Shown: positions 24,301 through 39,300 of the stretch, in pieces
Layout of the letters: every line of letters starts with the position of its first letter
Position numbering within the stretch: position 1 is the first letter of the stretch
Source of the DNA: Eledone cirrhosa
Taxonomy: Eukaryota
Reading direction: 5' to 3'
DNA length: 64,000 nt
NCBI GenBank assembly: GCA_964016885.1
Contig: OZ024741.1
Span: 7,998,001-8,062,000, forward strand
Translations under genes and position numbers: made by a program
Notes under the pieces: generated by a model
What the model was told of the DNA's origin: nothing
Database searches by the model: none
Seen by the model: only the letters and a program-made list of their open reading frames with translations

Positions 24301-27300
24301 ATAATCTCCTGTTTACCTCTGTCCAGTACTGGGATAGATTCTCCCCCTATAATCTCCTGTTTACCTCTGTCAGGTACTGGCATAGATTCTCCCCTTATAA
24401 TCTCCTGTTTACCCCTGTCCAGTACTAGGATAGATTCTCCCCCTATAAACTCTTGTTTACCCCTGTCCAGTACTGGGATAGATTCTCCCTCTATAATCTC
24501 CTGTTTACACCTGTCCAGTACTGGGATAGATTCCCCCCTAAAATCTCCTGTTTACCTCTGTCCAGTACTGGGATAGATTCTCACCCTATAATCTCCTGTT
24601 TACCCCTGTCCAGTACTGGGATAGATTCTCCCCCTATAATCTCCTGTTTACCTCTGTCAGGTACTGGGATAGATTCTCCCCTTATAATCTCCTGTTTATC
24701 TCTGTCCAGTACTGGGATAGATTCTCCCCCTATAATCTCCTGTTTACCCCTGTCCAGTACTGGGATAGATTCTCCCACTATAATCTCCTGTTCACCCCTG
24801 TCCGGTACTGGGATAGATTCTTCCCGTATAATCTCCTGTTTATCTCTGTCCAGTACTGGGATAGATTCTCCCCCTATAATCTCCTGTTTATCTCTGTCAG
24901 GTACTGGGATAGATTCTCCCCTTATAATCTCCTGTTTATCTCTGTCCAGCACTGGGATAGATTCTCCCCCTATAATCTATTGTTTACCTCAGTCCAGTAC
25001 TGGGATAATTCTCCCCCTATAATCTTCTCTTTACCTCTGTCCAGTACTGGGATAGATTCTCCCCCTATAATCTCCTGTTTACCTCTGTGCAGTACTGGGA
25101 TAGATTCTCCCCCTATAATCTCCTGTTTACCTCTGTCAGGTACTGGGATAGATTCTCTCCCTATAATGTCCTGTTTTCCCCTGTCCAGTACTATGATAGA
25201 TTCTCCCCTTATAATCTCCTGTTTACCCCTGTCAGGTACTGGGATAGATTCTCTCCCTATAATCTCCTGTTTACCCCTGTCAGGTACTGGGATAGATTCT
25301 CTCCCTATAATCTCCTGTTTACCCCTGTCCAGTACTGGGATAGATTCTCCCCCTATAATCTCCTATTTACCTCTGTCAGGTACTGGGATAGATTCGCCCC
25401 CTATAATCTCCTGTTCACCCCTGTCCAGTACTGGGATAGATTCTCCCCCTATAATCTCCTGTTTACCCCTGTCCAGTACTAGGATAGATTCTCCCCCTAT
25501 AAACTCTTGTTTACCCCTGTCCAGTACTGGGATAGATTCTCCCCCTATAATCTCCTGTTTACCCCTGTCCAGTACTGGGATAGATTCCCCCCTAAAATCT
25601 CCTGTTTACCTCTGTCCAGTACTGGGATAGATTCTCACCCTATAATCTCCTGTTTACCCCTGTCCAGTACTGGGATAGATTCTCCCCCTATAATCTCCTG
25701 TTTACCTCTGTCAGGTACTGGGATAGATTCTCCCCTTATAATCTCCTGTTTATCTCTGTCCAGTACTGGGATAGATTCTCCCCCTATAATCTCCTGTTTA
25801 CCCTTGTTCAGTACTGGGATAGATTCTCCACCTATAATCTCCTGTTTACCTCTGTCAGGTACTGGGATAGATTCTCTCCCTATATCTCCTGTTTACCCCT
25901 GTCCAGTACTGGGATAGATTCTCCCCCTATAATCTCCTATTTACCCCTGTCAGCTACCCGGGATAGATTCTCCCCCTATAATCTCCCGTTTACCCCTGTC
26001 CAGTACTGGGATAGATTCTGCCCCTATAAACTCTTGTTTACCCCTGTCCAGTACTGGCATAGATTCTCCCCCTATAAACTCCTGTTTACCCCTGTCCAAT
26101 ACTGGGATAGATTCCCCCCTAAAATCTCCTGTTTACCCCTGTCCAGTACTGGGATAGATTCTCCCCCTATAATCTCCTGTTTACCCCTGTCCGGTAATGG
26201 GATAGATTCTTCCCCTATAATCTCCTGTTCACCTCTGTCCAGTACTCGGATAGATTCTCCCCCTATAATATTCTGTTTACCTCTGTCCAGTACTGGGATA
26301 GATTCTCCCCCTATAATCTCCTGTTTACCTCTGTCCAGTACAGGGATAGATTCTCACCCTATAATCTCCTGTTTACCTCTGTCGGGTACTGGGATAGATT
26401 CTCTCCCTATAAAGTCCTGTTTTCCCCTGTCCAGTACTGGGATAGATTCTCCCCCTATAATCTCCTGTTTACCCCTGTCAGGTACTGGGATAGATTCTCC
26501 CTCTATAATATTCTGTTTACCTCTGTCATGTACTGAGATAGATCCTCCCCCTACAATCTCCTGTTTACCCCTGTCCAGTACTGGGATAGATTCCCCCCTA
26601 TAAAGTCCTGTTTACCTCTGTCCAGTACTGGGATAGATTCTCACCCTATAATCTCCTGTTTACCCCTGTCCAGTACTGGGATAGATTCTCCCCCTATAAT
26701 CTCCTGTTTACCTCTGTCTAGTACTGGGATAGATTCTCCCCCTATAATCTCCTGTTTATCCCTGTCCAGTACTGGGATAGATTCTCCCCCTACAATCTTC
26801 TGTTTACCTCAGTCCAGTACTGGGATAATTCTCCCCCTATAATCTTCTCTTTGCCTCTGTCCAGTACTGGGATATATTCTCCCCCTATAATCTCCTGTTT
26901 ACCTCTGTCCAGTACTGTGATAGATTCTCCCCCTATAATCTCCTGTTTACCCTTGTTCAGTACTGGGATAGATTCCCCCCCTATAATCTCCTGTTTACCT
27001 CAGTCCAGTACTGGGATAATTCTCCCCCTATAATCTTCTCTTTACCTCTGTCAGGTACTGGGATAGATTCGCCCCCTATAATCTTCTGTTCACCCCTGTC
27101 CAGTACTGGGATAGATTCTCCCCCTATAATCTCCTGTTTACCCCTGTCCAGTACTAGGATAGATTCTCCCCCTATAAACTCTTGTTTACCCCTGTTCAGT
27201 ACTGGGATAGATTCTCCCCCTATAATCTCCTGTTTACCCCTGTCCAGTACTGGGATAGATTCCCCCCTAAAATCTCCTGTTTACCTCTGTCCAGTACTGG

Positions 27301-30300
27301 GATAGATTCTCCCCCTATAATCTCCTGTTTACCCCTGTCCAGTACTGGGATAGATTCTCCCACTATAATCTCCTGTTCACCCCTGTCCGGTACTGGGATA
27401 GATTCTTCCCCTATAATCTCCTGTTTATCTCTGTCCAGTACTGGGATAGATTCTACCCCTATAATCTCCTGTTTACCTCTGTCAGGCACTGGGATAGATT
27501 CTCCCCTTATAATCTCCTGTTTATCTCTGTCCAGTACTGGGATAGATTCTCCCCCTATAAACTCTTGTTTACCCCTGTCCAGTACTGGGATAGATTCTCC
27601 CCCTATAATCTCCTGTTTACCTCTGTCAGGTACTGGGCTAGATTCTCCCCTTATAATCTCCTGTTTATCTCTGTCCAGCACTGGGATAGATTCTCCCCCT
27701 ATAATCTATTGTTTACCCCTGTCCAGTACTGGGATAGATTCTCCACCTATAATCTCCTGTTTACCCCTGCCCGTACTGGCATAGATTCTCCCCCTATAAT
27801 CTCTTGTTTACCCCTGTCCAGTACTGGGATAGATTCTCCCCCTATAATCTCCTGTTTACCTCTGTCCAGTACTGTGATAGATTCTCACCCTATAATCTCC
27901 TGTTTACCCTTGTTCAGTACTGGGATAGATTCTCCCCCTATAATCTCCTGTTTACCTCTGTCAGGTACTGGGATAGATTCTCTCCCTATATCTCCTGTTT
28001 ACCCCTGTCCAGTACTGGGATAGATTCTCCCCCTAAAATCTGCCGTTTACCCCTGTCCAGTACTGGGATAGATTCTCCCCCTATAATCTCCCGTTTACCC
28101 CTGTTTAGTACTGGGATAGATTCTCCCCCTATAAACTCTTGTTTACCCCTGTCCAGTACTGGCATAGATTCTCCCCCTATAATCTCCTGTTTACCCCTGT
28201 CCAGTACTGGGATAGTTTCCCCACTAAAATCTCCTGTTTACCTCTGTCCAGTACTGGGATAGATTCTCCCCCTATAATCTCCTGTTTACCCCTGTCCGGT
28301 ACTGGGATAGATTCTTCCCCTATAATCTCCTGTTCACCTCTGTCCAGTACTGGGATAGATTCTCCCCCTATAATATTCTGTTTACCTCTGTCCAGTACTG
28401 GGTTAGATTCTTCCCCTATAATCTCCTGTTTACCTCTGTCCAGTACTGGGATAGAATCTCCCCCTATAATCTCCTGTTTACCCCTGTCCAGTACTGGGAT
28501 AGATTCTCCCCCTATAATCTCCTATTTATCCCTGTCCAGTACTGGGATAGATTCCCCCCTATAATATCCTGTTTGCCCCTGTCCAGTACTAGGATAGATT
28601 CTCCCCCTATAATCTCCGGTTTACCCCTGTCCAGTACTGGGATAGATTCCCCCCTAAAATCTCCTGTTTACCTCTGTCCAGTACTGGGATAGATTCTCCC
28701 CCTATAATCTCCTGTTTACCCCTGTCCAGTACTGGGATAGATTCTCCCACTATAATCTCCTGTTAACCCCTGTCCGGTACTGGGATAGATTCTTCCCGTA
28801 TAATCTCCTGTTTATCTCTGTCCAGTACTGGGATAGATTCTCCCCCTATAATCTCCTGTTTACCTCTGTCAGGCACTGGGATAGATTCTCCCCTTATAAT
28901 CTCCTGTTTATCTCTGTCCAGTACTGGGATAGATTCTCCCCCTATAAACTCTTGTTTACCCCTGTCCAGTACTGGGATAGATTCTCCCCCTATAATCTCC
29001 TGTTTACCTCTGTCAGGTACTGGCATAGATTCTCCCCTTATAATCTCCTGTTTATCTCTGTCCAGCACTGGGATAGATTCTCCCCCTATAATCTATTGTT
29101 TACCTCAGTCCAGTACTGGGATAATTCTCCCCCTATAATCTTCTCTTTACCTCTGTCCAGTACTGGGATAGATTCTCCCCCTATAATCTCCTGTTTACCT
29201 CTGTCCAGTACTGGGATAGATTCTCCCCCTATAATCTCCTGTTTACCCCTGTCCAGTACTAGGATAGATTCTCCCCCTATAAACTCTTGTTTACCCCTGT
29301 CCAGTACTGGGATAGATTCTCCCCCTATAATCTCCTGTTTACCCCTGTCCAGTACTGGGATAGATTCCCCCCTAAAATCTCCTGTTTACCTCTGTCCAGT
29401 ACTGGGATAGATTCTCACCCTATAATCTCCTGTTTACCCCTGTCCAGTACTGGGATAGATTCTCCCCCTATAATCTCCTGTTTACCTCTGTCAGGTACTG
29501 GGATAGATTCTCCCCTTATAATCTCCTGTTTATCTCTGTCCAGTACTGGGATAGATTCTCCCCCTATAATCTCCTGTTTACCCTTGTTCAGTACTGGGAT
29601 AGATTCTCCACCTATAATCTCCTGTTTACCTCTGTCAGGTACTGGGATAGATTCTCTCCCTATATCTCCTGTTTACCCCTGTCCAGTACTGGGATAGATT
29701 CTCCCCCTATAATCTCCTATTTACCCCTGTCAGCTACTGGGATAGATTCTCCCCCTATAATCTCCCGTTTACCCCTGTCCAGTACTGGGATAGATTCTGC
29801 CCCTATAAACTCTTGTTTACCCCTGTCCAGTACTGGCATAGATTCTCCCCCTATAAACTCCTGTTTACCCCTGTCCAATACTGGGATAGATTCCCCCCTA
29901 AAATCTCCTGTTTACCCCTGTCCAGTACTGGGATAGATTCTCCCCCTATAATCTCCTGTTTACCCCTGTCCGGTAATGGGATAGATTCTTCCCCTATAAT
30001 CTCCTGTTCACCTCTGTCCAGTACTGGGATAGATTCTCCCCCTATAATATTCTGTTTACCTCTGTCCAGTACTGGGATAGATTCTCCCCCTATAATCTCC
30101 TGTTTACCTCTGTCCAGTACAGGGATAGATTCTCACCCTATAATCTCCTGTTTACCTCTGTCGGGTACTGGGATAGATTCTCTCCCTATAAAGTCCTGTT
30201 TTCCCCTGTCCAGTACTGGGATAGATTCTCCCCCTATAATCTCCTGTTTACCCCTGTCAGGTACTGGGATAGATTCTCCCTCTATAATATTCTGTTTACC

Positions 30301-33300
30301 TCTGTCATGTACTGAGATAGATCCTCCCCCTACAATCTCCTGTTTACCCCTGTCCAGTACTGGGATAGATTCCCCCCTATAAAGTCCTGTTTACCTCTGT
30401 CCAGTACTGGGATAGATTCTCACCCTATAATCTCCTGTTTACCCCTGTCCAGTACTGGGATAGATTCTCCCCCTATAATCTCCTGTTTACCTCTGTCTAG
30501 TACTGGGATAGATTCTCCCCCTATAATCTCCTGTTTATCCCTGTCCAGTACTGGGATAGATTCTCCCCCTACAATCTCCTGTTTACCTCAGTCCAGTACT
30601 GGGATAATTCTCCCCCTATAATCTTCTCTTTGCCTCTGTCCAGTACTGGGATATATTCTCCCCCTATAATCTCCTGTTTACCTCTGTCCAGTACTGTGAT
30701 AGATTCTCCCCCTATAATCTCCTGTTTACCCTTGTTCAGTACTGGGATAGATTCCCCCCCTATAATCTCCTGTTTACCTCAGTCCAGTACTGGGATAATT
30801 CTCCCCCTATAATCTTCTCTTTACCTCTGTCAGGTACTGGGATAGATTCGCCCCCTATAATCTTCTGTTCACCCCTGTCCAGTACTGGGATAGATTCTCC
30901 CCCTATAATCTCCTGTTTACCCCTGTCCAGTACTAGGATAGATTCTCCCCCTATAAACTCTTGTTTACCCCTGTTCAGTACTGGGATAGATTCTCCCCCT
31001 ATAATCTCCTGTTTACCCCTGTCCAGTACTGGGATAGATTCCCCCCTAAAATCTCCTGTTTACCTCTGTCCAGTACTGGGATAGATTCTCCCCCTATAAT
31101 ATCCTGTTTACCCCTGTCCAGTACTGGGATAGATTCTCCCACTATAATCTCCTGTTCACCCCTGTCCGGTACTGGGATAGATTCTTCCCCTATAATCTCC
31201 TGTTTATCTCTGTCCAGTACTGGGATAGATTCTACCCCTATAATCTCCTGTTTACCTCTGTCAGGCACTGGGATAGATTCTCCCCTTATAATCTCCTGTT
31301 TATCTCTGTCCAGTACTGGGATAGATTCTCCCCCTATAAACTCTTGTTTACCCCTGTCCAGTACTGGGATAGATTCTCCCCCTATAATCTCCTGTTTACC
31401 TCTGTCAGGTACTGGGCTAGATTCTCCCCTTATAATCTCCTGTTTATCTCTGTCCAGCACTGGGATAGATTCTCCCCCTATAATCTATTGTTTACCCCTG
31501 TCCAGTACTGGGATAGATTCTCCACCTATAATCTCCTGTTTACCCCTGCCCGTACTGGCATAGATTCTCCCCCTATAATCTCTTGTTTACCCCTGTCCAG
31601 TACTGGGATAGATTCTCCCCCTATAATCTCCTGTTTACCTCTGTCCAGTACTGTGATAGATTCTCACCCTATAATCTCCTGTTTACCCTTGTTCAGTACT
31701 GGGATAGATTCTCCCCCTATAATCTCCTGTTTACCTCTGTCAGGTACTGGGATAGATTCTCTCCCTATATCTCCTGTTTACCCCTGTCCAGTACTGGGAT
31801 AGATTCTCCCCCTAAAATCTGCCGTTTACCCCTGTCCAGTACTGGGATAGATTCTCCCCCTATAATCTCCCGTTTACCCCTGTTTAGTACTGGGATAGAT
31901 TCTCCCCCTATAAACTCTTGTTTACCCCTGTCCAGTACTGGCATAGATTCTCCCCCTATAATCTCCTGTTTACCCCTGTCCAGTACTGGGATAGATTCCC
32001 CACTAAAATCTCCTGTTTACCTCTGTCCAGTACTGGGATAGATTCTCCCCCTATAATCTCCTGTTTACCCCTGTCCGGTACTGGGATAGATTCTTCCCCT
32101 ATAATCTCCTGTTCACCTCTGTCCAGTACTGGGATAGATTCTCCCCCTATAATATTCTGTTTACCTCTGTCCAGTACTGGGTTAGATTCTTCCCCTATAA
32201 TCTCCTGCTTACCTCTGTCCAGTACTGGGATAGAATCTCCCCCTATAATCTCCTGTTTACCCCTGTCCAGTACTGGGATAGATTCTCCCCCTATAATCCC
32301 CTGTCTACCCCTCTCCAGTACTGGGATAGATTCTCTCCCTATAATCTTCTGTTTACCTCTGTCAGGTACTGGGATAGATTCTCCCCCTATAATCTCCTAT
32401 TTATCCCTGTCCAGTACTGGGATAGATTCCCCCCTATAATATCCTGTTTGCCCCTGTCCAGTACTAGGATAGATTCTCCCCCTATAATCTCCTGTTTACC
32501 CCTGTCCAGTACTGGGATAGATTCCCCCCTATAATCTCCTGTTTACCTCTGTACAGTACTGGGATAGATTCCCCCCTAAAATCTCCTGTTTACCTCTGTC
32601 CAGTACTGGGATAGATTCTCCCCCTATAATCTCCTGTTTACCCCTGTCCAGTACTGGGATAGATTCTCCCACTATAATCTCCTGTTAACCCCTGTCCGGT
32701 ACTGGGATAGATTCTTCCCGTATAATCTCCTGTTTATCTCTGTCCAGTACTGGGATAGATTCTCCCCCTATAATCTCCTGTTTACCTCTGTCAGGCACTG
32801 GGATAGATTCTCCCCTTATAATCTCCTGTTTATCTCTGTCCAGCACTGGGATAGATTCTCCCCCTATAATCTATTGTTTACCTCAGTCCAGTACTGGGAT
32901 AATTCTCCCCCTATAATCTTCTCTTTACCTCTGTCCAGTACTGGGATAGATTCTCCCCCTATAATCTCCTGTTTACCTCTGTCCAGTACTGGGATAGATT
33001 CTCCCCCTATAATCTCCTGTTTACGTCTGTCAGGTACTGGGATAGATTCTCCCCCTATAATCTCCTGTTTACCCCTGTCCAGTACTGGGATAGATTCTCC
33101 CCCTATAATCTCCTGTTTACCTCTGTCAGGTACTGGGATAGATTCTCCCCCTATAATCTCCTGTTTTCCCCTGTCCAGTACTATGATAGATTCTCCCCTT
33201 ATAATCTCCTGTTTACCCCTGTCAGGTACTGGGATAGATTCTCTCCCTATAATCTCCTGTTTACCCCTGTCAGGTACTGGGATAGATTCTCTCCCTATAA

Positions 33301-36300
33301 TCTCCTGTTTACCCCTGTCCAGTACTGGGATAGATTCTCCCCCTATAATCTCCTGTTTACCTCTGTCAGGTACTGGGATAGATTCGCCCCCTATAATCTC
33401 CTGTTCACCCCTGTCCAGTACTGGGATAGATTCTCCCCCTATAATCTCCTGTTTACCCCTGTCCAGTACTAGGATAGATTCTCCCCCTATAAACTCTTGT
33501 TTACCCCTGTCCAGTACTGGGATAGATTCTCCCTCTATAATCTCCTGTTTACCCCTGTCCAGTACTGGGATAGATTCCCCCCTAAAATCTCCTGTTTACC
33601 TCTGTCCAGTACTGGGATAGATTCTCACCCTATAATCTCCTGTTTACCCCTGTCCAGTACTGGGATAGATTCTCCCCCTATAATCTCCTGTTTACCTCTG
33701 TCAGGTACTGGGATAGATTCTCCCCTTATAATCTCCTGTTTATCTCTGTCCAGTACTGGGATAGATTCTCCCCCTATAATCTCCTGTTTACCCTTGTTCA
33801 GTACTGGGATAGATTCTCCACCTATAATCTCCTGTTTACCTCTGTCAGGTACTGGGATAGATTCTCTCCCTATATCTCCTGTTTACCCCTGTCCAGTACT
33901 GGGATAGATTCTCCCCCTATAATCTCCTATTTACCCCTGTCAGCTACTGGGATAGATTCTCCCCCTATAAACTCTTGTTTACCCCTGTCCAGTACTGGCA
34001 TAGATTCTCCCCCTATAAACTCCTGTTTACCCCTGTCCAATACTGGGATAGATTCCCCCCTAAAATCTCCTGTTTACCCCTGTCCAGTACTGGGATAGAT
34101 TCTCCCCCTATAATCTCCTGTTTACCCCTGTCCGGTAATGGGATAGATTCTTCCCCTATAATCTCCTGTTCACCTCTGTCCAGTACTGGGATAGATTCTC
34201 CCCCTATAATATTCTGTTTACCTCTGTCCAGTACTGGGATAGATTCTCCCCCTATAATCTCCTGTTTACCTCTGTCCAGTACAGGGATAGATTCTCACCC
34301 TATAATCTCCTGTTTACCTCTGTCGGGTACTGGGATAGATTCTCTCCCTATAAAGTCCTGTTTTCCCCTGTCCAGTACTGGGATAGATTCTCCCCCTATA
34401 ATCTCCTGTTTACCCCTGTCAGGTACTGGGATAGATTCTCCCTCTATAATATTCTGTTTACCTCTGTCATGTACTGAGATAGATCCTCCCCCTACAATCT
34501 CCTGTTTACCCCTGTCCAGTACTGGGATAGATTCCCCCCTATAAAGTCCTGTTTACCTCTGTCCAGTACTGGGATAGATTCTCACCCTATAATCTCCTGT
34601 TTACCCCTGTCCAGTACTGGGATAGATTCTCCCCCTATAATCTCCTGTTTACCTCTGTCTAGTACTGGGATAGATTCTCCCCCTATAATCTCCTGTTTAT
34701 CCCTGTCCAGTACTGGGATAGATTCTCCCCCTACAATCTCCTGTTTACCTCAGTCCAGTACTGGGATAATTCTCCCCCTATAATCTTCTCTTTGCCTCTG
34801 TCCAGTACTGGGATATATTCTCCCCCTATAATCTCCTGTTTACCTCTGTCCAGTACTGTGATAGATTCTCCCCCTATAATCTCCTGTTTACCCTTGTTCA
34901 GTACTGGGATAGATTCCCCCCCTATAATCTCCTGTTTACCTCAGTCCAGTACTGGGATAATTCTCCCCCTATAATCTTCTCTTTACCTCTGTCAGGTACT
35001 GGGATAGATTCGCCCCCTATAATCTTCTGTTCACCCCTGTCCAGTACTGGGATAGATTCTCCCCCTATAATCTCCTGTTTACCCCTGTCCAGTACTAGGA
35101 TAGATTCTCCCCCTATAAACTCTTGTTTACCCCTGTTCAGTACTGGGATAGATTCTCCCCCTATAATCTCCTGTTTACCCCTGTCCAGTACTGGGATAGA
35201 TTCCCCCCTAAAATCTCCTGTTTACCTCTGTCCAGTACTGGGATAGATTCTCCCCCTATAATATCCTGTTTACCCCTGTCCAGTACTGGGATAGATTCTC
35301 CCACTATAATCTCCTGTTCACCCCTGTCCGGTACTGGGATAGATTCTTCCCCTATAATCTCCTGTTTATCTCTGTCCAGTACTGGGATAGATTCTACCCC
35401 TATAATCTCCTGTTTACCTCTGTCAGGCACTGGGATAGATTCTCCCCTTATAATCTCCTGTTTATCTCTGTCCAGTACTGGGATAGATTCTCCCCCTATA
35501 AACTCTTGTTTACCCCTGTCCAGTACTGGGATAGATTCTCCCCCTATAATCTCCTGTTTACCTCTGTCAGGTACTGGGCTAGATTCTCCCCTTATAATCT
35601 CCTGTTTATCTCTGTCCAGCACTGGGATAGATTCTCCCCCTATAATCTATTGTTTACCCCTGTCCAGTACTGGGATAGATTCTCCACCTATAATCTCCTG
35701 TTTACCCCTGCCCGTACTGGCATAGATTCTCCCCCTATAATCTCTTGTTTACCCCTGTCCAGTACTGGGATAGATTCTCCCCCTATAATCTCCTGTTTAC
35801 CTCTGTCCAGTACTGTGATAGATTCTCACCCTATAATCTCCTGTTTACCCTTGTTCAGTACTGGGATAGATTCTCCCCCTATAATCTCCTGTTTACCTCT
35901 GTCAGGTACTGGGATAGATTCTCTCCCTATATCTCCTGTTTACCCCTGTCCAGTACTGGGATAGATTCTCCCCCTAAAATCTGCCGTTTACCCCTGTCCA
36001 GTACTGGGATAGATTCTCCCCCTATAATCTCCCGTTTACCCCTGTTTAGTACTGGGATAGATTCTCCCCCTATAAACTCTTGTTTACCCCTGTCCAGTAC
36101 TGGCATAGATTCTCCCCCTATAATCTCCTGTTTACCCCTGTCCAGTACTGGGATAGATTCCCCACTAAAATCTCCTGTTTACCTCTGTCCAGTACTGGGA
36201 TAGATTCTCCCCCTATAATCTCCTGTTTACCCCTGTCCGGTAATGGGATAGATTCTTCCCCTATAATCTCCTGTTCACCTCTGTCCAGTACTGGGATAGA

Positions 36301-39300
36301 TTCTCCCCCTATAATATTCTGTTTACCTCTGTCCAGTACTGGGTTAGATTCTTCCCCTATAATCTCCTGTTTACCCCTGTCCAGTACTGGGTTAGATTCT
36401 TCCCCTATAATCTCCTGTTTACCTCTGTCCAGTACTGGGATAGAATCTCCCCCTATAATCTCCTGTTTACCCCTGTCCAGTACTGGGATAGATTCTCCCC
36501 CTATAATCCCCTGTCTACCCCTCTCCAGTACTGGGATAGATTCTCTCCCTATAATCTTCTGTTTACGTCTGTCAGGTACTGGGATAGATTCTCCCCCTAT
36601 AATCTCCTATTTATCCCTGTCCAGTACTGGGATAGATTCCCCCCTATAATATCCTGTTTGCCCCTGTCCAGTACTAGGATAGATTCCCCCCTAAAATCTC
36701 CTGTTTACCCCTGTCCAGTACTGGGATAGATTCTCCCACTATAATCTCCTGTTTACCCCTGTCCAGTACTGGGATAGATTCTCCCCCTATAATCTCCTGT
36801 TTACCCCTGTCCAGTACTGGGATAGATTCCCCCCTATAATCTCCTGTTTACCTCTGTCCAGTACTGGGATAGATTCCCCCCTAAAATCTCCTGTTTACCT
36901 CTGTCCAGTACTGGGATAGATTCTCCCCCTATAATCTCCTGTTTACCCCTGTCCAGTACTGGGATAGATTCTCCCACTATAATCTCCTGTTAACCCCTGT
37001 CCGGTACTGGGATAGATTCTTCCCGTATAATCTCCTGTTTATCTCTGTCCAGTACTGGGATAGATTCTCCCCCTATAATCTCCTGTTTACCTCTGTCAGG
37101 CACTGGGATAGATTCTCCCCTTATAATCTCCTGTTTATCTCTGTCCAGTACTGGGATAGATTCTCCCCCTATAAACTCTTGTTTACCCCTGTCCAGTACT
37201 GGGATAGATTCTCCCCCTATAATCTCCTGTTTACCTCTGTCAGGTACTGGCATAGATTCTCCCCTTATAATCTCCTGTTTATCTCTGTCCAGCACTGGGA
37301 TAGATTCTCCCCCTATAATCTATTGTTTACCTCAGTCCAGTACTGGGATAATTCTCCCCCTATAATCTTCTCTTTACCTCTGTCCAGTACTGGGATAGAT
37401 TCTCCCCCTATAATCTCCTGTTTACCTCTGTCAGGTACTGGGATAGATTCTCTCCCTATAATGTCCTGTTTTCCCCTGTCCAGTACTATGATAGATTCTC
37501 CCCTTATAATCTCCTGTTTACCCCTGTCAGGTACTGGGATAGATTCTCTCCCTATAATCTCCTGTTTACCCCTGTCAGGTACTGGGATAGATTCTCTCCC
37601 TATAATCTCCTGTTTACCCCTGTCCAGTACTGGGATAGATTCTCCCCCTATAATCTCCTGTTTACCTCTGTCAGGTACTGGGATAGATTCGCCCCCTATA
37701 ATCTCCTGTTCACCCCTGTCCAGTACTGGGATAGATTCTCCCCCTATAATCTCCTGTTTACCCCTGTCCAGTACTAGGATAGATTCTCCCCCTATAAACT
37801 CTTGTTTACCCCTGTCCAGTACTGGGATAGATTCTCCCTCTATAATCTCCTGTTTACCCCTGTCCAGTACTGGGATAGATTCCCCCCTAAAATCTCCTGT
37901 TTACCTCTGTCCAGTACTGGGATAGATTCTCACCCTATAATCTCCTGTTTACCCCTGTCCAGTACTGGGATAGATTCTCCCCCTATAATCTCCTGTTTAC
38001 CTCTGTCAGGTACTGGGATAGATTCTCCCCTTATAATCTCCTGTTTATCTCTGTCCAGTACTGGGATAGATTCTCCCCCTATAATCTATTGTTTACCCCT
38101 GTCCAGTACTGGGATAGATTCTCCCCCTATAATCTCCTGTTTACCCCTGCCAGTACTGGGATAGATTCTCCCCCTATAATCTCTTGTTTACCCCTGTCCA
38201 GTACTGGGATAGATTCTCCCCCTATAATCTCCTGTTTACCTCTGTCCAGTACTGGGATAGATTCTCCCCCTATAATCTCCTGTTTACCTCTGTCCAGTAC
38301 AGGGATAGATTCTCACCCTATAATCTCCTGTTTACCTCTGTCGGGTACTGGGATAGATTCTCTCCCTATAAAGTCCTGTTTTCCCCTGTCCAGTACTGGG
38401 ATAGATTCTCCCCCTATAATCTCCTGTTTACCCCTGTCAGGTACTGGGATAGATTCTCCCTCTATAATATTCTGTTTACCTCTGTCATGTACTGAGATAG
38501 ATCCTCCCCCTACAATCTCCTGTTTACCCCTGTCCAGTACTGGGATAGATTCCCCCCTATAAAGTCCTGTTTACCTCTGTCCAGTACTGGGATAGATTCT
38601 CCCCATATAATCTCTTGTTTACCCCTGTCTAGTACTGGGATAGATTCTCCCCCTATAATCTCCTGTTTATCCCTGTCCAGTACTGGGATAGATTCTCCCC
38701 CTACAATCTCCTGTTTACCTCAGTCCAGTACTGGGATAATTCTCTCCCTATAATCTTCTCTTTGCCTCTGTCCAGTACTGGGATATATTCTCCCCCTATA
38801 ATCTCCTGTTTACCTCTGTCCATTACTGTGATAGATTCTCCCCCTATAATCTCCTGTTTACCCTTGTTCAGTACTGGGATAGATTCCCCCCCTATAATCT
38901 CCTGTTTACCTCAGTCCAGTACTGGGATAATTCTCCCCCTATAATCTTCTCTTTACCTCTGTCAGGTACTGGGATAGATTCGCCCCCTATAATCTCCTGT
39001 TCACCCCTGTCCAGTACTGGGATAGATTCTCCCCCTATAATCTCCTGTTTACCCCTGTCCAGTACTAGGATAGATTCTCCCCCTATAAACTCTTGTTTAC
39101 CCCTGTTCAGTACTGGGATAGATTCTCCCCCTATAATCACCTGTTTACCCCTGTCCAGTACTGGGATAGATTCCCCCCTAAAATCTCCTGTTTACCTCTG
39201 TCCAGTACTGGGATAGATTCTCCCCCTATAATCTCCTGTTTACCCCTGTCCAGTACTGGGATAGATTCTCCCACTATAATCTCCTGTTCACCCCTGTCCG